From IMG/VR virus record IMGVR_UViG_3300048996_000163, positions 32,001 through 96,000 of that record: a DNA stretch of 64,000 bases. One strand, given 5' to 3'. This DNA is from a virus. Below are positions 37,677 to 46,895 of this stretch, one piece after another; the first letter of the stretch is position 1, and every line of letters starts with the position of its first letter. A program made the position numbers and the translations under genes. The notes under the pieces are model-generated. The model ran no database searches and had not been told where the DNA came from. It was given only the letters and a program-made list of their open reading frames with translations.

Positions 37677-40007
37677 TCACGCGTTCACCTGCTCGGCCAA
37701 GTCCAGCGCAGCGATGACGCCGGCCTCGGTGAGGCTGTGTCGTCGGTCTGCTGACACCACGAAGTCCCGGTCGCGGAGCTGCTTCAACGCCCCCCGCACT
37801 GTCGCCGTCGAATACGACATGCCGGCGTCCGTCAAGGCACCGTCGAGCTCATCCATCGTCAACGCCCGCCGCCCGTCCGTCTCAGCCCTGGCGAGGACCA
37901 GTAGCACCGCATCGACGGACCGTTGCGGCGTGACCGACTCCGCAGACTTCGCCTCCGGCGCCCACGACTCCCCCGCCGCCGCAGCCTTCACCCACTGCGC
38001 GTACGCGGGACCGAACGTGTCGAGGGTGACCTGCGGCAGGACGGCCGGGTAGCCGATCGGCTGGTCGTTGCTGTCACGCACCCAGTCGTAGTAGTCCGGT
38101 TCCCACTCGGTGCGTGCGAGCATCGCCTTCGGCTGCAGCCCACTGAGGATGTACGCCATGCCGGGGATCTGCGGGATGCTGCGCGGGTCGGCAGGGAGCC
38201 GCCCGTTGAACGCGGTGGGGCCGGACAGGCTGTTCGCGGTCCGGCCGACCCATACGAGCCCACCGGTGAGAACATCCCGCAACGCCATGCTGCCACCCAG
38301 GTCCGTCAGCAGCGGCGTGTGCGTGGCGAGTCTCAGCTGCCCGCCGCACTTCCGCCACATGCGACCGGCTTTCGTGACGAGCGTCGCGAACGCTCGGTTC
38401 GACAGGTAGTCGTGCGCCTCGTCGATCGTCAGCGACAGGATCGGGCCGTCGATGAGCGGGTTCCACCACTTGCGGCCCTTCCGCTTCCGGCCGCGCTCGT
38501 CGACGTACTCGACGCGGGCGAGGTAGCGGTTGCGGCGCAACATCTCCTCGGTGAGGCACAGCACGAGCAGGATCGCCTCTTCGAGGGATGTCGCGACGGG
38601 CGCGGCGAGGTCGTCGAGGAACGGCGCGAACGACTGGCCCTGCTGGGGGTCGATGAGGAAGTTCGCGACGAGACCGTGCGCCCTGCCCTGTTCGTCGCGG
38701 TAGTGCGCCCACCGGTCGATCGTGAACAGCGCATTGAGGAACTCCGATTTTCCTGAGCCGGTCGTGCCGAACGCAGCCACGTGGGGGACGCCCCAGCCGG
38801 GCCGGTAGATCTCGTAGAACGCCTGCTCGCCGTCGGCGTACATGGCGATCGGCGCCCGGCCGGTCTTGACGTCGATGGAGTCAGGGCCGGACCAGCGGAC
38901 CGTGTCCTTGATCGGGCTGGACCGCTGCGCGAGGATCGTCGACTGGTTCTCGTCGTCCGGGTCGGGCAGGACGGTGATCATCGACTTTTTCATGCTGTAC
39001 GCCGATGCGATCTTCCCGACGGCGGCAGCGAACTGGTCCGACTCGTACGCGCCGATCGGGCCGACGACCGTCGCACCCCAGCCACCGACCACCCGATGCC
39101 AGTCCTCGAGGTGAGTCCCGGCGAGCTTCCCGTTCGCGGCGGCCCTGACCGACGTCCCGTCCGGATGAACACCGATCACCTGGTCTTTGCGGACGGCGAG
39201 GACGGTCCTCCAGATCCGCTCGACCTCGACCCGGCCCGGGTCCAGCGCGACAACCTCCTGTGGCTCCTCGACCTCGACCTCGACGTCGATGGCGGGCTGC
39301 GGCCGGTGCCGGCGGACACGCTCCGCCCGCCACCACGACGCTGCCGGGACCAGCCACGCCGCGACCAGTGCGGCGAACGCGACCCGGCCGGTCCACGTCG
39401 ACGGGTCCACGCCCAGGCCCGCGGCGGCCGCGAGTAGCGTCGCGACCGTCACGCCGGCGTAGCCGTACAGGCGCGCCGACCGGGCGATCGCAGCGCGGCG
39501 GCGCTTGTCACCGCCAGGGTCCGTGTCGTCGATGCGACCCTTTCGCGCCGCCTTCGACGTCAGGTATTTCGCGGCGGCCGTCTTCGCCAGCCATCCGGCG
39601 GCGGGCACCGCCAGCGCCAGCGGCAGGAACGGCACCTCGGCCGCATCGACCGCGACACACACGCCACCGGCAGCGACCAGCGCCCACACAGGCCGCAGCG
39701 GGCGCTCCGCCGCGATCCGAAGGTCACGCCACGGCAGCAGCGGAGGCCGCTTCACGTCCATCGGCACCATGCGTTTCCCGCACCGCTCGCACGCTGGCGG
39801 GGTCTTCATCGTGGACCAGCCCGCCGGGCCGTGCTGACGGCACCGGTACTGGACACCGACGATCGTCCCCGACTGGTCGACAGGCACCTCCGCCGCAGCG
39901 CGACGCAGGACACCGGACGTGTCGTAGTAGGTGCGGGACTTGCGTTGTGCACCCAGCGGCCCACCTGGCACGGCGGGTCCGCCGGGCGGCGACACCATCG
40001 GATGCAT
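37677..40007 (-). CDS. TraB-like FtsK/SpoIIIE DNA translocase
   Basis: N-terminal TM segments, Walker A GTTGSGKS, LIDPQ, Walker B LTIDEAH, RK.G..L.LATH, C-terminal wHTH-like domain. Confidence 0.85.
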   Translation of the reverse strand: MHPMVSPPGGPAVPGGPLGAQRKSRTYYDTSGVLRRAAAEVPVDQSGTIVGVQYRCRQHGPAGWSTMKTPPACERCGKRMVPMDVKRPPLLPWRDLRIAAERPLRPVWALVAAGGVCVAVDAAEVPFLPLALAVPAAGWLAKTAAAKYLTSKAARKGRIDDTDPGGDKRRRAAIARSARLYGYAGVTVATLLAAAAGLGVDPSTWTGRVAFAALVAAWLVPAASWWRAERVRRHRPQPAIDVEVEVEEPQEVVALDPGRVEVERIWRTVLAVRKDQVIGVHPDGTSVRAAANGKLAGTHLEDWHRVVGGWGATVVGPIGAYESDQFAAAVGKIASAYSMKKSMITVLPDPDDENQSTILAQRSSPIKDTVRWSGPDSIDVKTGRAPIAMYADGEQAFYEIYRPGWGVPHVAAFGTTGSGKSEFLNALFTIDRWAHYRDEQGRAHGLVANFLIDPQQGQSFAPFLDDLAAPVATSLEEAILLVLCLTEEMLRRNRYLARVEYVDERGRKRKGRKWWNPLIDGPILSLTIDEAHDYLSNRAFATLVTKAGRMWRKCGGQLRLATHTPLLTDLGGSMALRDVLTGGLVWVGRTANSLSGPTAFNGRLPADPRSIPQIPGMAYILSGLQPKAMLARTEWEPDYYDWVRDSNDQPIGYPAVLPQVTLDTFGPAYAQWVKAAAAGESWAPEAKSAESVTPQRSVDAVLLVLARAETDGRRALTMDELDGALTDAGMSYSTATVRGALKQLRDRDFVVSADRRHSLTEAGVIAALDLAEQVNA

Positions 40008-40075
40008 CGGGTTCCCCTCGGTCGTGGCTGGCTGTCACCGCGCAGGCCGGCACATGTCCGGCCCGACGGAAACGG

Positions 40076-41176
40076 TCAGTTGCCACCGAGACGGGCCGGC
40101 TGGCGTCCCGCGGCGGCGACGGCCGCCTGCTGTTCGGCGACGGCGATGGTGGCGCCGAGTTGCGCGTTGACGCCGCCGTCTGCGGCGAGGAACCGGGAGT
40201 CTCCGCCCAGGTCACCGGCGACGGTTGTCGCGGCGTCGCCGTACTTCGCGACGATCCCGGCAAGCGCCGCCTCCGTCGCCTGCAGCGCCACCTCGGCGGC
40301 GTCACGGCGCTCCTTCGCCATCACTTCCATCGCCTCCAGCTGGTCGAAGTAGGTGTCGACAGCACCGGCCGGCATCGCGTCGGCGACGGTCCCCGTGTTG
40401 CCGAGGGTGTCCGCGTCGAGGTTCAGGACGGCGAGGTGCTCATGCGTGGAGGCGGCAGCGGCGCTGCTGGACCGGTACGAGTCCTGCATGTCACCGATGT
40501 GGCCCTTCGCCTCGCCGAGGGCACGTTCCGCGGCGGTGCATGCGTCGAGGTGCAGCTGCTGCTCCCTGAGGAGCGCCTCGAGTTCGGCGACGGTGGTTTC
40601 GTAGTTGACGGCTTCACCGGTCGGTGTGGTCATGGTTCCTCCTGCGGTTGGCGCTGGCGTTTCCTGTTTCCTGGCGGGCCGCCACGCGTACCCATCCCAT
40701 TCCTCGTCTCCGTCGTCGGTGTTGCGGCGGGTGCCGGGTTCGAGGTCCGCGTACCGGGTCGCGTCGGGGATCTCGTCTGCGGCCGGCTCCGGTTCTGGCC
40801 GCGGTTTCCGCTCGACGGGTTCGACGAGCTTCCGGACGACCGGCGACGCGGCGACCTTCCGGGCTCCGTTGACGACGACGTCCTTCGCTGCGGCGAGCCG
40901 GTCCCGGAACCTGACCTTCTCCCCCGGGTTCGCGGCCTTCGCGTCGCGGGCGGCGATCAGGGCGTCGGCGCGGCGCGGCCAGTAGTCGTTCCACGCGTCC
41001 CGCAGAAAGTCCGTGAAGCCGTACCGGTCGACCTTCGCCGCGGCCGTGGCGCCGTGCTTGCGTTCCATGCGGGGCGACACGATGCCCTGCTTCGCCAGGT
41101 TGTTGTCGACGATCGCGTCGCTGACGGTGCGTTTCACCGCCCAGGTCAGGAGCATCACCGCGAGGAGGATCTCCAC
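40076..41176 (-). CDS. Transfer-region protein (N-terminal hydrophobic, C-terminal coiled coil)
   Basis: Long ORF in the operon upstream of TraB. Confidence 0.7.
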   Translation of the reverse strand: MEILLAVMLLTWAVKRTVSDAIVDNNLAKQGIVSPRMERKHGATAAAKVDRYGFTDFLRDAWNDYWPRRADALIAARDAKAANPGEKVRFRDRLAAAKDVVVNGARKVAASPVVRKLVEPVERKPRPEPEPAADEIPDATRYADLEPGTRRNTDDGDEEWDGYAWRPARKQETPAPTAGGTMTTPTGEAVNYETTVAELEALLREQQLHLDACTAAERALGEAKGHIGDMQDSYRSSSAAAASTHEHLAVLNLDADTLGNTGTVADAMPAGAVDTYFDQLEAMEVMAKERRDAAEVALQATEAALAGIVAKYGDAATTVAGDLGGDSRFLAADGGVNAQLGATIAVAEQQAAVAAAGRQPARLGGN

Positions 41177-41182
41177 GGCGGC

Positions 41183-41581
41183 CTACTTCGCCGTCTGCTG
41201 CTGCACCTGGTCGCCGGTCTTCGACACGCCGCCGCCGGCCTGGCTCAGCACGGTCGGCAGTGCCGCAAGGAACGCGACGAAGAAGACGGGGACGAGGAAG
41301 AACGCGAACAGGGCGGGCCGGTCGGCGCCCTTCTTCTTGCCTTTGACGTCGGCGATGATGACGCAGATGCCGACGAAGACGAGTACTCCGGCGATGAGCA
41401 GCACCTGCTTGGCGTAGCCGTTGAGCCACGTTCCGGTGCTTGTGTTGTAGGTCATGAATCCGCCGATGGCGGCCACGATGCAGGCGGTGCGGGTGAGACG
41501 GACCTTCTGGTGTACGTAGTAGGCGCCGGCGAATACGACGAAACCGCCGAGGGTGGACAGGAACGAGCTGATCACGTCCAT
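41183..41581 (-). CDS. Multi-TM membrane protein (Spd-like)
   Basis: MDVISSFLST start with AGGAGG RBS; about four hydrophobic segments. Confidence 0.7.
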   Translation of the reverse strand: MDVISSFLSTLGGFVVFAGAYYVHQKVRLTRTACIVAAIGGFMTYNTSTGTWLNGYAKQVLLIAGVLVFVGICVIIADVKGKKKGADRPALFAFFLVPVFFVAFLAALPTVLSQAGGGVSKTGDQVQQQTAK

Positions 41582-41591
41582 GGTCGGCCTC

Positions 41592-42038
41592 CTAGCCGAT
41601 AGTGAGCAGGTAGAGGGGGACGGCGAGAAGCACGGCGAGCGCGGCTCGCGCCGGATGACGGGCGATCCACAGCAGGACGGTGAGCGTCCCGACGACCGCG
41701 AGCGCGACCGCGGGGATGAGCAGCCCGACGCTGTGGTTGTAGAGGACCCAGCCGGCGTAGAGGGCGGCGTTGGAGCCGGGGACGGTGTCGCGGTCCGGCA
41801 TCCGCTCCGCCCACGCGGTGGAGAACGTCGGCAGCGAGGCGGGCATGAACCAGGCGTCGCGGAGGTCCTGCCACGTCTGCCGGCCCCACCCGGCGAAGGT
41901 GTTGACCAACACGGAGCGTGACCCGTACCCTCGCGCGCGCATGCGCGCATGCGGACGCGCCTTCTCCAGACGCACAGTGGGGGCTGCCGCAACGTCTGCC
42001 GCCGCGACACGGCCGCCGAAAGCGCTACTGATAGTCAC
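41592..42038 (-). CDS. Membrane protein (Spd-like)
   Basis: C-terminal TM pair with HPAR motif; GTG start overlaps upstream stop. Confidence 0.6.
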   Translation of the reverse strand: MTISSAFGGRVAAADVAAAPTVRLEKARPHARMRARGYGSRSVLVNTFAGWGRQTWQDLRDAWFMPASLPTFSTAWAERMPDRDTVPGSNAALYAGWVLYNHSVGLLIPAVALAVVGTLTVLLWIARHPARAALAVLLAVPLYLLTIG

Positions 42039-42298
42039 CGCTGCTCCTTCCAGTTCTGCTCGACGTCGAAGCGTTCGACCGTCATCGCGATCGCTGTGGC
42101 GAGGTCCCGGCGGGCCGTGTCGGTGATCCGCTTGCTCGCCGCGAGCGCCGCGTTGCAGGCGACCACGACGAGCTGATGGCCGCCTTTGCCGCCGTCGATC
42201 ACCTTCGTCGCGCGGACACGGACGAACTCGGCCCGGTTCTCCTGACGGCGCACGATCCGCGCCGCTTTGCGCTCCCCTGGAGTCCCCTTGCGCGCCAT
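42035..42298 (-). CDS. Small basic protein
   Basis: MARKGTPGERK start; coupled to neighbours. Confidence 0.55.
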   Translation of the reverse strand: MARKGTPGERKAARIVRRQENRAEFVRVRATKVIDGGKGGHQLVVVACNAALAASKRITDTARRDLATAIAMTVERFDVEQNWKEQR

Positions 42299-42486
42299 CA
42301 CGCCCCCTGACCTGCGGTGACGCGTTCGCACCAGCGGTCCAGGACGGCACGCAGCAGGATGTCGCCGAGCTCGGTGTCGGCCTGGTCGATCGCGTGGTCG
42401 CCTTCGCGGAAGCCGCGACGGCCCGCACCGATGAGGACGAGCGCGTGGGCGTCGACGAGCTGGGTGAGGTTCCGGAGCGTCTTCAC
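42298..42486 (-). CDS. Hypothetical protein
   Basis: Coupled on both sides. Confidence 0.5.
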   Translation of the reverse strand: MKTLRNLTQLVDAHALVLIGAGRRGFREGDHAIDQADTELGDILLRAVLDRWCERVTAGQGA

Positions 42487-42791
42487 GCGGCACCGCCCAG
42501 TTGGGCGTGGGCGGCCCGGTCATGGGCGGACGCGTAGGCGACGGACACGCCCAGGGCGCCCACGCCCAACACGACCCCGGCGACGCCCTCCGGCTGGCGG
42601 CCCGCCCAGTCGACGATGACCGCGGTGAGCCAGAAGCCCAGCGCGGTCCGGAACGCCCAGTGGGCGGCTTGGGCGTCGTTGGGCGGACTGGGCTGGGCGA
42701 GGTGGGCGCCCCTGTCGCGGAACGTGGGCCGGGTGGGCGTGGGCTTGGTGGGCTGGGCGCCCACAGTGGGCGTGCTGGGCTGGACGGTCAT
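42483..42791 (-). CDS. Two-TM membrane protein (Spd-like)
   Basis: TALGFWLTAVIV and GVVLGVGALGVSVAY segments; GGAGG RBS. Confidence 0.6.
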   Translation of the reverse strand: MTVQPSTPTVGAQPTKPTPTRPTFRDRGAHLAQPSPPNDAQAAHWAFRTALGFWLTAVIVDWAGRQPEGVAGVVLGVGALGVSVAYASAHDRAAHAQLGGAA

Positions 42792-43400
42792 GACGCCTCC
42801 TCGGTGGGCGTGGGCTGGGCGCCCTGGGCGGCGCGGATCTCGCCCAGTAGGCGGACCAGCTTCCCCGCTGGCTCCTTCGACGCCCAGCCCACGTAGCCGC
42901 TGGCCTGCATGTGCTTCATCGCCTTGTCCCGCCCGGGCGCTGGCGTGCCCTGCGGGAACTCCTTGTCCAGGTCGACGAGCCGGCGCACCTGCAGCTCCGG
43001 CAGTGCCGCAACCTGGGCGTCCAGATCTGGGCGACCGGCGTGCAGGGTGGGCGGCACGGTGGGCTGGGCGCCCTGGGTGGGCGTCTTGGGCTGGGCTGGG
43101 CTGGGCTTGGTGGGCGCCTTGGGCTGGGCGGGTGCAGCGGTGGGCGTGGGCTGGGCGGCGCCCAGGTGGGCGAGCGCCTCAGTGGGCGTGCCGCTGGGCG
43201 TGGGCTGGGCGGCCGGGGTGGGCGTGTCAGCCTGGGCGTCGCCCACCTCGCCCGCGTTGGGCGTGGGCTGACTGGGAGATCCGGGTGTGGGCGCCTCGAT
43301 CCGGGCGGGGGCGGGCTGGGCGCCCTGGGCGGGCGACTCGCCCACCACGGAGTAGACACGGACCGCGCCCACCTGGGCTGACCGGTCGCCCAAATGGGCG
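42494..43400. repeat. Dense TGGGC/GCCCA pentamer tract (candidate clt-like locus)
   Basis: About 65 copies by hand count in ~0.9 kb, both orientations, spanning two genes. Confidence 0.8.
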
Positions 43401-44269
43401 GGATCAAGCCGGACGGCGATCATGTCGGTCAGGCCGTCGTAGTCCGCACGGTCCTTCAAGCGGGCGGCGATCTCGTCGAGGTCGTACACGGCGACCGCGA
43501 TGTCCGCCGTCATCGGGTCGACCGCGGCGCGGATCTCCCGGTGCAGCACCTTCGAGATCGCCTTTGTGCGGATCTCGCGACGCTTCTCGGCGCGGGCTGC
43601 GGTCAGGGACGTGTAGAGCCCGAGCCGCTCGTCGGCCTTCGCCAGGTTCTTGGCGCGCAGGGTCAGCCACGGGTGCCGGATCCAGTGCCCGACCACCTCG
43701 TAGGCCGGGGTGGTCGGCGGCAGGTCACCGGTCGCCCGCAGTCGGTCCCGGCGCTGGTTCTCGGTGTGCATGACCCACACGAGGTAGCCGAGCGCGGACA
43801 TGCCGGCGAAGAACCCGGCGAGAAGCTTCACGTCGTGGGCCATCCAGTTGAACGCGACCGCCCACGCGGCGATCCCGGCGGACAGCAGGCGCGACGTGAA
43901 CGCCTTCTCCCCCAACCTGCGGCGCACGTCGGCGTCGTTGAGGACGACGATGCCGCCGAGCTCGAGCGCGCCGACGGCGGGGATGGCCCAGACCAGTGGG
44001 ATGCCGAGGGCTTCGACAGCACCGGACACCTGCCCGGCGAGGGCGACGCCGAGGACGACGACGTAGAACGCTTTACGGATGTGACCGGACCGGTGAACGG
44101 ACCGCTGCAGGTCGGCGTCGAGCTTTTCCTTGACGCCCTGCGGGTCGGTGGGCTTCGACGCAGCCTGCGGCTTGCTCCACGCGGCCAGGTTGATGGGGTG
44201 GATCGGCTGGTGTCCGTTCACGGGGAGGTCCCGGGTCGGCCGGTATACGGGGGTGGCGAGCGCGGTCAT
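42788..44269 (-). CDS. SpdB/DUF2637-like multi-TM protein with Pro/Gln/Thr-rich linker
   Basis: Four TM segments, coiled coil, AQPTP repeats, possible terminal HTH. Confidence 0.7.
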   Translation of the reverse strand: MTALATPVYRPTRDLPVNGHQPIHPINLAAWSKPQAASKPTDPQGVKEKLDADLQRSVHRSGHIRKAFYVVVLGVALAGQVSGAVEALGIPLVWAIPAVGALELGGIVVLNDADVRRRLGEKAFTSRLLSAGIAAWAVAFNWMAHDVKLLAGFFAGMSALGYLVWVMHTENQRRDRLRATGDLPPTTPAYEVVGHWIRHPWLTLRAKNLAKADERLGLYTSLTAARAEKRREIRTKAISKVLHREIRAAVDPMTADIAVAVYDLDEIAARLKDRADYDGLTDMIAVRLDPAHLGDRSAQVGAVRVYSVVGESPAQGAQPAPARIEAPTPGSPSQPTPNAGEVGDAQADTPTPAAQPTPSGTPTEALAHLGAAQPTPTAAPAQPKAPTKPSPAQPKTPTQGAQPTVPPTLHAGRPDLDAQVAALPELQVRRLVDLDKEFPQGTPAPGRDKAMKHMQASGYVGWASKEPAGKLVRLLGEIRAAQGAQPTPTEEAS

Positions 44270-44335
44270 CGGTGCCTCCTCTCTGGGTTTAGCCGGCCGC
44301 CGCCGACGGGGGGACGACGGCGGCCGGGGTCTGGG

Positions 44336-44518
44336 TTACCGGTGTCCGGTGACGATCGGGTCGATGTCTTGCGGGTGCAGCGGCAGGTGCCGGCAGTCCT
44401 GGAACCAGCTGCGGTGCGTCCAGCAGGTGAGCCGGTCGTCGCCGTGGAGTCCCTGGTATTCCTCGGCGAAGTCTTCGGCGGCGAGGGTTTCGAGGAGCAG
44501 GCGGTCGGTGGTGGTCAC
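44336..44518 (-). CDS. Small hypothetical protein
   Basis: CWTHRSW..DC..H motif; coupled. Confidence 0.5.
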   Translation of the reverse strand: MTTTDRLLLETLAAEDFAEEYQGLHGDDRLTCWTHRSWFQDCRHLPLHPQDIDPIVTGHR

Positions 44519-44697
44519 GCGTCACCGACGTCGGTGATGTGGATGTCGACGGTGCCGCCGCCGCGGGTGTGCTGGTACGTGAGTTGCCGGGTGGCGCTGG
44601 CCAGGTCGAGGCGTCGGTCGGCGCCGATGAGCCGGACGCTGCGGGTGGTGGTGACACCGTCGCGGGTGAGGTCGTAGGCGACGAGGTACACCTTCAC
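44515..44697 (-). CDS. Small hypothetical protein
   Basis: VKVYLVAYDL start after GGAGG; coupled. Confidence 0.5.
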   Translation of the reverse strand: MKVYLVAYDLTRDGVTTTRSVRLIGADRRLDLASATRQLTYQHTRGGGTVDIHITDVGDA

Positions 44698-45122
44698 GAC
44701 GCCTCCACCGGGGTGGAGACCCGGCCGCCGCCCTGTGACGACGACCGGGGGCTGTGGGCCGCCATGAGCCGGCGGGCGGTGGTGAGCGCGGCGATGACCT
44801 CGTCGAGGGCGGCGGCGTCGAGGTTCGCGCCGATCTGCTCTTCGGCGGTGAGGGCGCGCAGGTTGACGACGGTCCCGTCGGTGGTGTTTTGGAGCATGAC
44901 GGTGACCATGTCGGCGCGGCCGGGGGTCTGGACGCCGAGGCAGGCGAGCGCCGCGATGTGGGTGCGGTGCGGGCCGTCGATGGTGCACCAGCTCGGGCAG
45001 CGCGCTGCGAACGTGACGACCTGGGCGGGGATCTCGGGGAGCCGGGTCCGCAGGAGCGGGGCGGGCCCGCGCTGGCGGGTGCCGAAGTCGACGGTGATGA
45101 CGTCGGCGTAGGTGACGCTCAT
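44694..45122 (-). CDS. Hypothetical protein with CPSWC...H motif
   Basis: Motif common in actinomycete mobile elements. Confidence 0.6.
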   Translation of the reverse strand: MSVTYADVITVDFGTRQRGPAPLLRTRLPEIPAQVVTFAARCPSWCTIDGPHRTHIAALACLGVQTPGRADMVTVMLQNTTDGTVVNLRALTAEEQIGANLDAAALDEVIAALTTARRLMAAHSPRSSSQGGGRVSTPVEAS

Positions 45123-45370
45123 GACGCGCTCCTCGCGGTCCGGCCGGCCCGGGTGAGCTGGACGGTGAGGTGGTCGCGTTGCCCGATGCCGCTGGCGCGG
45201 TTGACAGCCCAGTCGGCGCCGACGACACCGGCGGTGAGGTGGATGACCTGGATCAGGTCCTGGTTCGCGGCGTCGAGAACTGCGGCGGCGCTGGTCGCCG
45301 CGAGAGCTTGGGCGAGGCTGCCGCCGTCGTAGGCGATGCCGAGGAGCTGGGTGAGGGCGACGGTGCTCAT
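45119..45370 (-). CDS. Hypothetical protein
   Basis: MSTVALTQ start; coupled. Confidence 0.5.
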   Translation of the reverse strand: MSTVALTQLLGIAYDGGSLAQALAATSAAAVLDAANQDLIQVIHLTAGVVGADWAVNRASGIGQRDHLTVQLTRAGRTARSAS

Positions 45371-45618
45371 GCCGTCACCTCGGCGAGGGCCATCTGGCAG
45401 TGGAGCCGCGCGACGGCGCACGCTTCCTGCTCGGTCGGGTACGAGCCGCAGAGGTCGTCGAGCCGGTAGCTGCGACGCTCGACGACGACGCTGTACGCGC
45501 TGTCGAGCCGGACGCACTGGACGCGGATCGTGTACTCGCCGGCCGCGAACGGCCGGTACTGGCCCTCGGCGAGGTTCAGCTTCTTCGGAGCTGCGGGGGT
45601 GGCGAGCGCGGTGGTCAT
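45367..45618 (-). CDS. Hypothetical protein
   Basis: Coupled on both sides. Confidence 0.55.
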   Translation of the reverse strand: MTTALATPAAPKKLNLAEGQYRPFAAGEYTIRVQCVRLDSAYSVVVERRSYRLDDLCGSYPTEQEACAVARLHCQMALAEVTA

Positions 45619-45890
45619 GCTGCGGCTCCCTCGGTGGCGGTGGTCTTGGAGTCCAGGAGTTGGCCGATCCGCTGCCGGGAGAGCTGCAACTTCCGGGCGA
45701 TCCAGATCTGCTTGCGCTCGCCGTCGCCGCGGAGGGCGGTGATGGCCTCGCGGTACATCTGGGACTGCGCGGAGGTCAGCGGGAGGTTGTTGCGCGTCAT
45801 CGCCCTGAGGCGGAGCGCACGCTGCAGCGGGTCGGTGATCGCCTGGATGGCGGTGTCGCTGTCATCGCTGAGCGGTGCGGTCACGGTCAT
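45615..45890 (-). CDS. HTH DNA-binding protein, first gene of the leftward operon
   Basis: QIWIARKLQLSRQRIGQLL HTH; GAGGAG RBS. Confidence 0.7.
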   Translation of the reverse strand: MTVTAPLSDDSDTAIQAITDPLQRALRLRAMTRNNLPLTSAQSQMYREAITALRGDGERKQIWIARKLQLSRQRIGQLLDSKTTATEGAAA

Positions 45891-45918
45891 CTCCTCGGCG
45901 GTCGGGCCCTTGCCGTTC

Positions 45919-46072
45919 GGCTAGGCCTAGCCAAGATGCTCCGTGCAATCGCGTGCAATGTCAAGCGATTGGATCTAATTGCACTACGATTGCACCCAGC
46001 CAGGTCACGCATCGCCGCCCAAATCACCCCCGCCTCCACAGGGAGCGGGGGTGATTGCATACATTGCGTCAA
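45919..46072. promoter_or_regulatory. Divergent promoter region with operator-like repeats
   Basis: GTGCAATCGCGTGCAAT / ATTGCACTACGATTGCAC inverted repeat around a minus-strand TTGACA; hairpin 46022-46056. Confidence 0.6.
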
Positions 46073-46120
46073 GCTGCGAGCATCGAAAGACCCACAAGCA
46101 GCACGCGAGAGGGGCACAAG

Positions 46121-46324
46121 ATGCGCAATCTGGACTTCATGTGGAAGGACGGCGACTCCGGCGGCGGAGGCTGCCCGGCGCTGTATGCGACCGAGGGCGG
46201 CTACGTCGTCCAGGGCATCAAGCTCACCGACGAGGAGCGCAGCCAGTTGCGCCAGCTCGCCGACGACGAGGACGGCGTCTTCGTCCCCGCCAACGTCCTC
46301 GACCGGCTCCGGCAGCTCACCTGA
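46121..46324 (+). CDS. Small protein of an actinomycete Xre cassette
   Basis: KD..SG.GGCPALY...GGYVVQG...E.GV.VP. Confidence 0.75.
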   Translation: MRNLDFMWKDGDSGGGGCPALYATEGGYVVQGIKLTDEERSQLRQLADDEDGVFVPANVLDRLRQLT

Positions 46325-46326
46325 CC

Positions 46327-46878
46327 ATGTCCACGACCGTCATCGACAACACCGAGTGGGCCGAGCGTCTCCGCAGCTTCAAGCGCAGCGCGTTCCGGTT
46401 GGAGCTCCAGCCGCGCTACCTGGAGCCCGAGGAGACAGAGACGGTCGCGCGGTTCGTCGACGGCAACCCGCAAGACCCGACCGAAGTCCCGATGCTGCGA
46501 ACCTGGTTCAACCAGATCCGCAGCCTCACCGACCGCGGTCGGACCGTCGAACGGGTTCGCGTCCAAGACGACCCACCGACCGACTACCAGCTATGGGAAC
46601 GCTTCATCAGCCCATGGAACATCGCGGCCGGCGAGACCCTGCGATACCTCGACCGACAGCTGGCGCACGAAATTGGCCTCCTGCCAGATGCCGGACCCGG
46701 TGACTTCTGGCTCTTCGACGACACCACCCTGATGCGGATGCACTTCGACGACGAAGGCCGACGCATCCGCAACGAAATCATCACCGATAAAACACTCGTG
46801 GAGCAGGCGATCTCATGGCGCGACCTGGCGGTCCGCAACGGCGTCCTGGACAACCCACAGGACGCCGTCACCGCCTAA
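46327..46878 (+). CDS. DUF6879-like protein
   Basis: SAFRLE..Y, RVRV..PPTDYQ, AGE..RYL, DFWLFDD. Confidence 0.8.
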   Translation: MSTTVIDNTEWAERLRSFKRSAFRLELQPRYLEPEETETVARFVDGNPQDPTEVPMLRTWFNQIRSLTDRGRTVERVRVQDDPPTDYQLWERFISPWNIAAGETLRYLDRQLAHEIGLLPDAGPGDFWLFDDTTLMRMHFDDEGRRIRNEIITDKTLVEQAISWRDLAVRNGVLDNPQDAVTA

Positions 46879-46895
46879 CACGAGGAGCAGAAACC

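Noticed and set aside
37677-40007. Type VII secretion EccC or packaging ATPase
   Set aside because: A single ATPase domain with N-terminal TMs and a C-terminal wHTH, in a Spd/Nudix context, fits TraB; TerL is already present.
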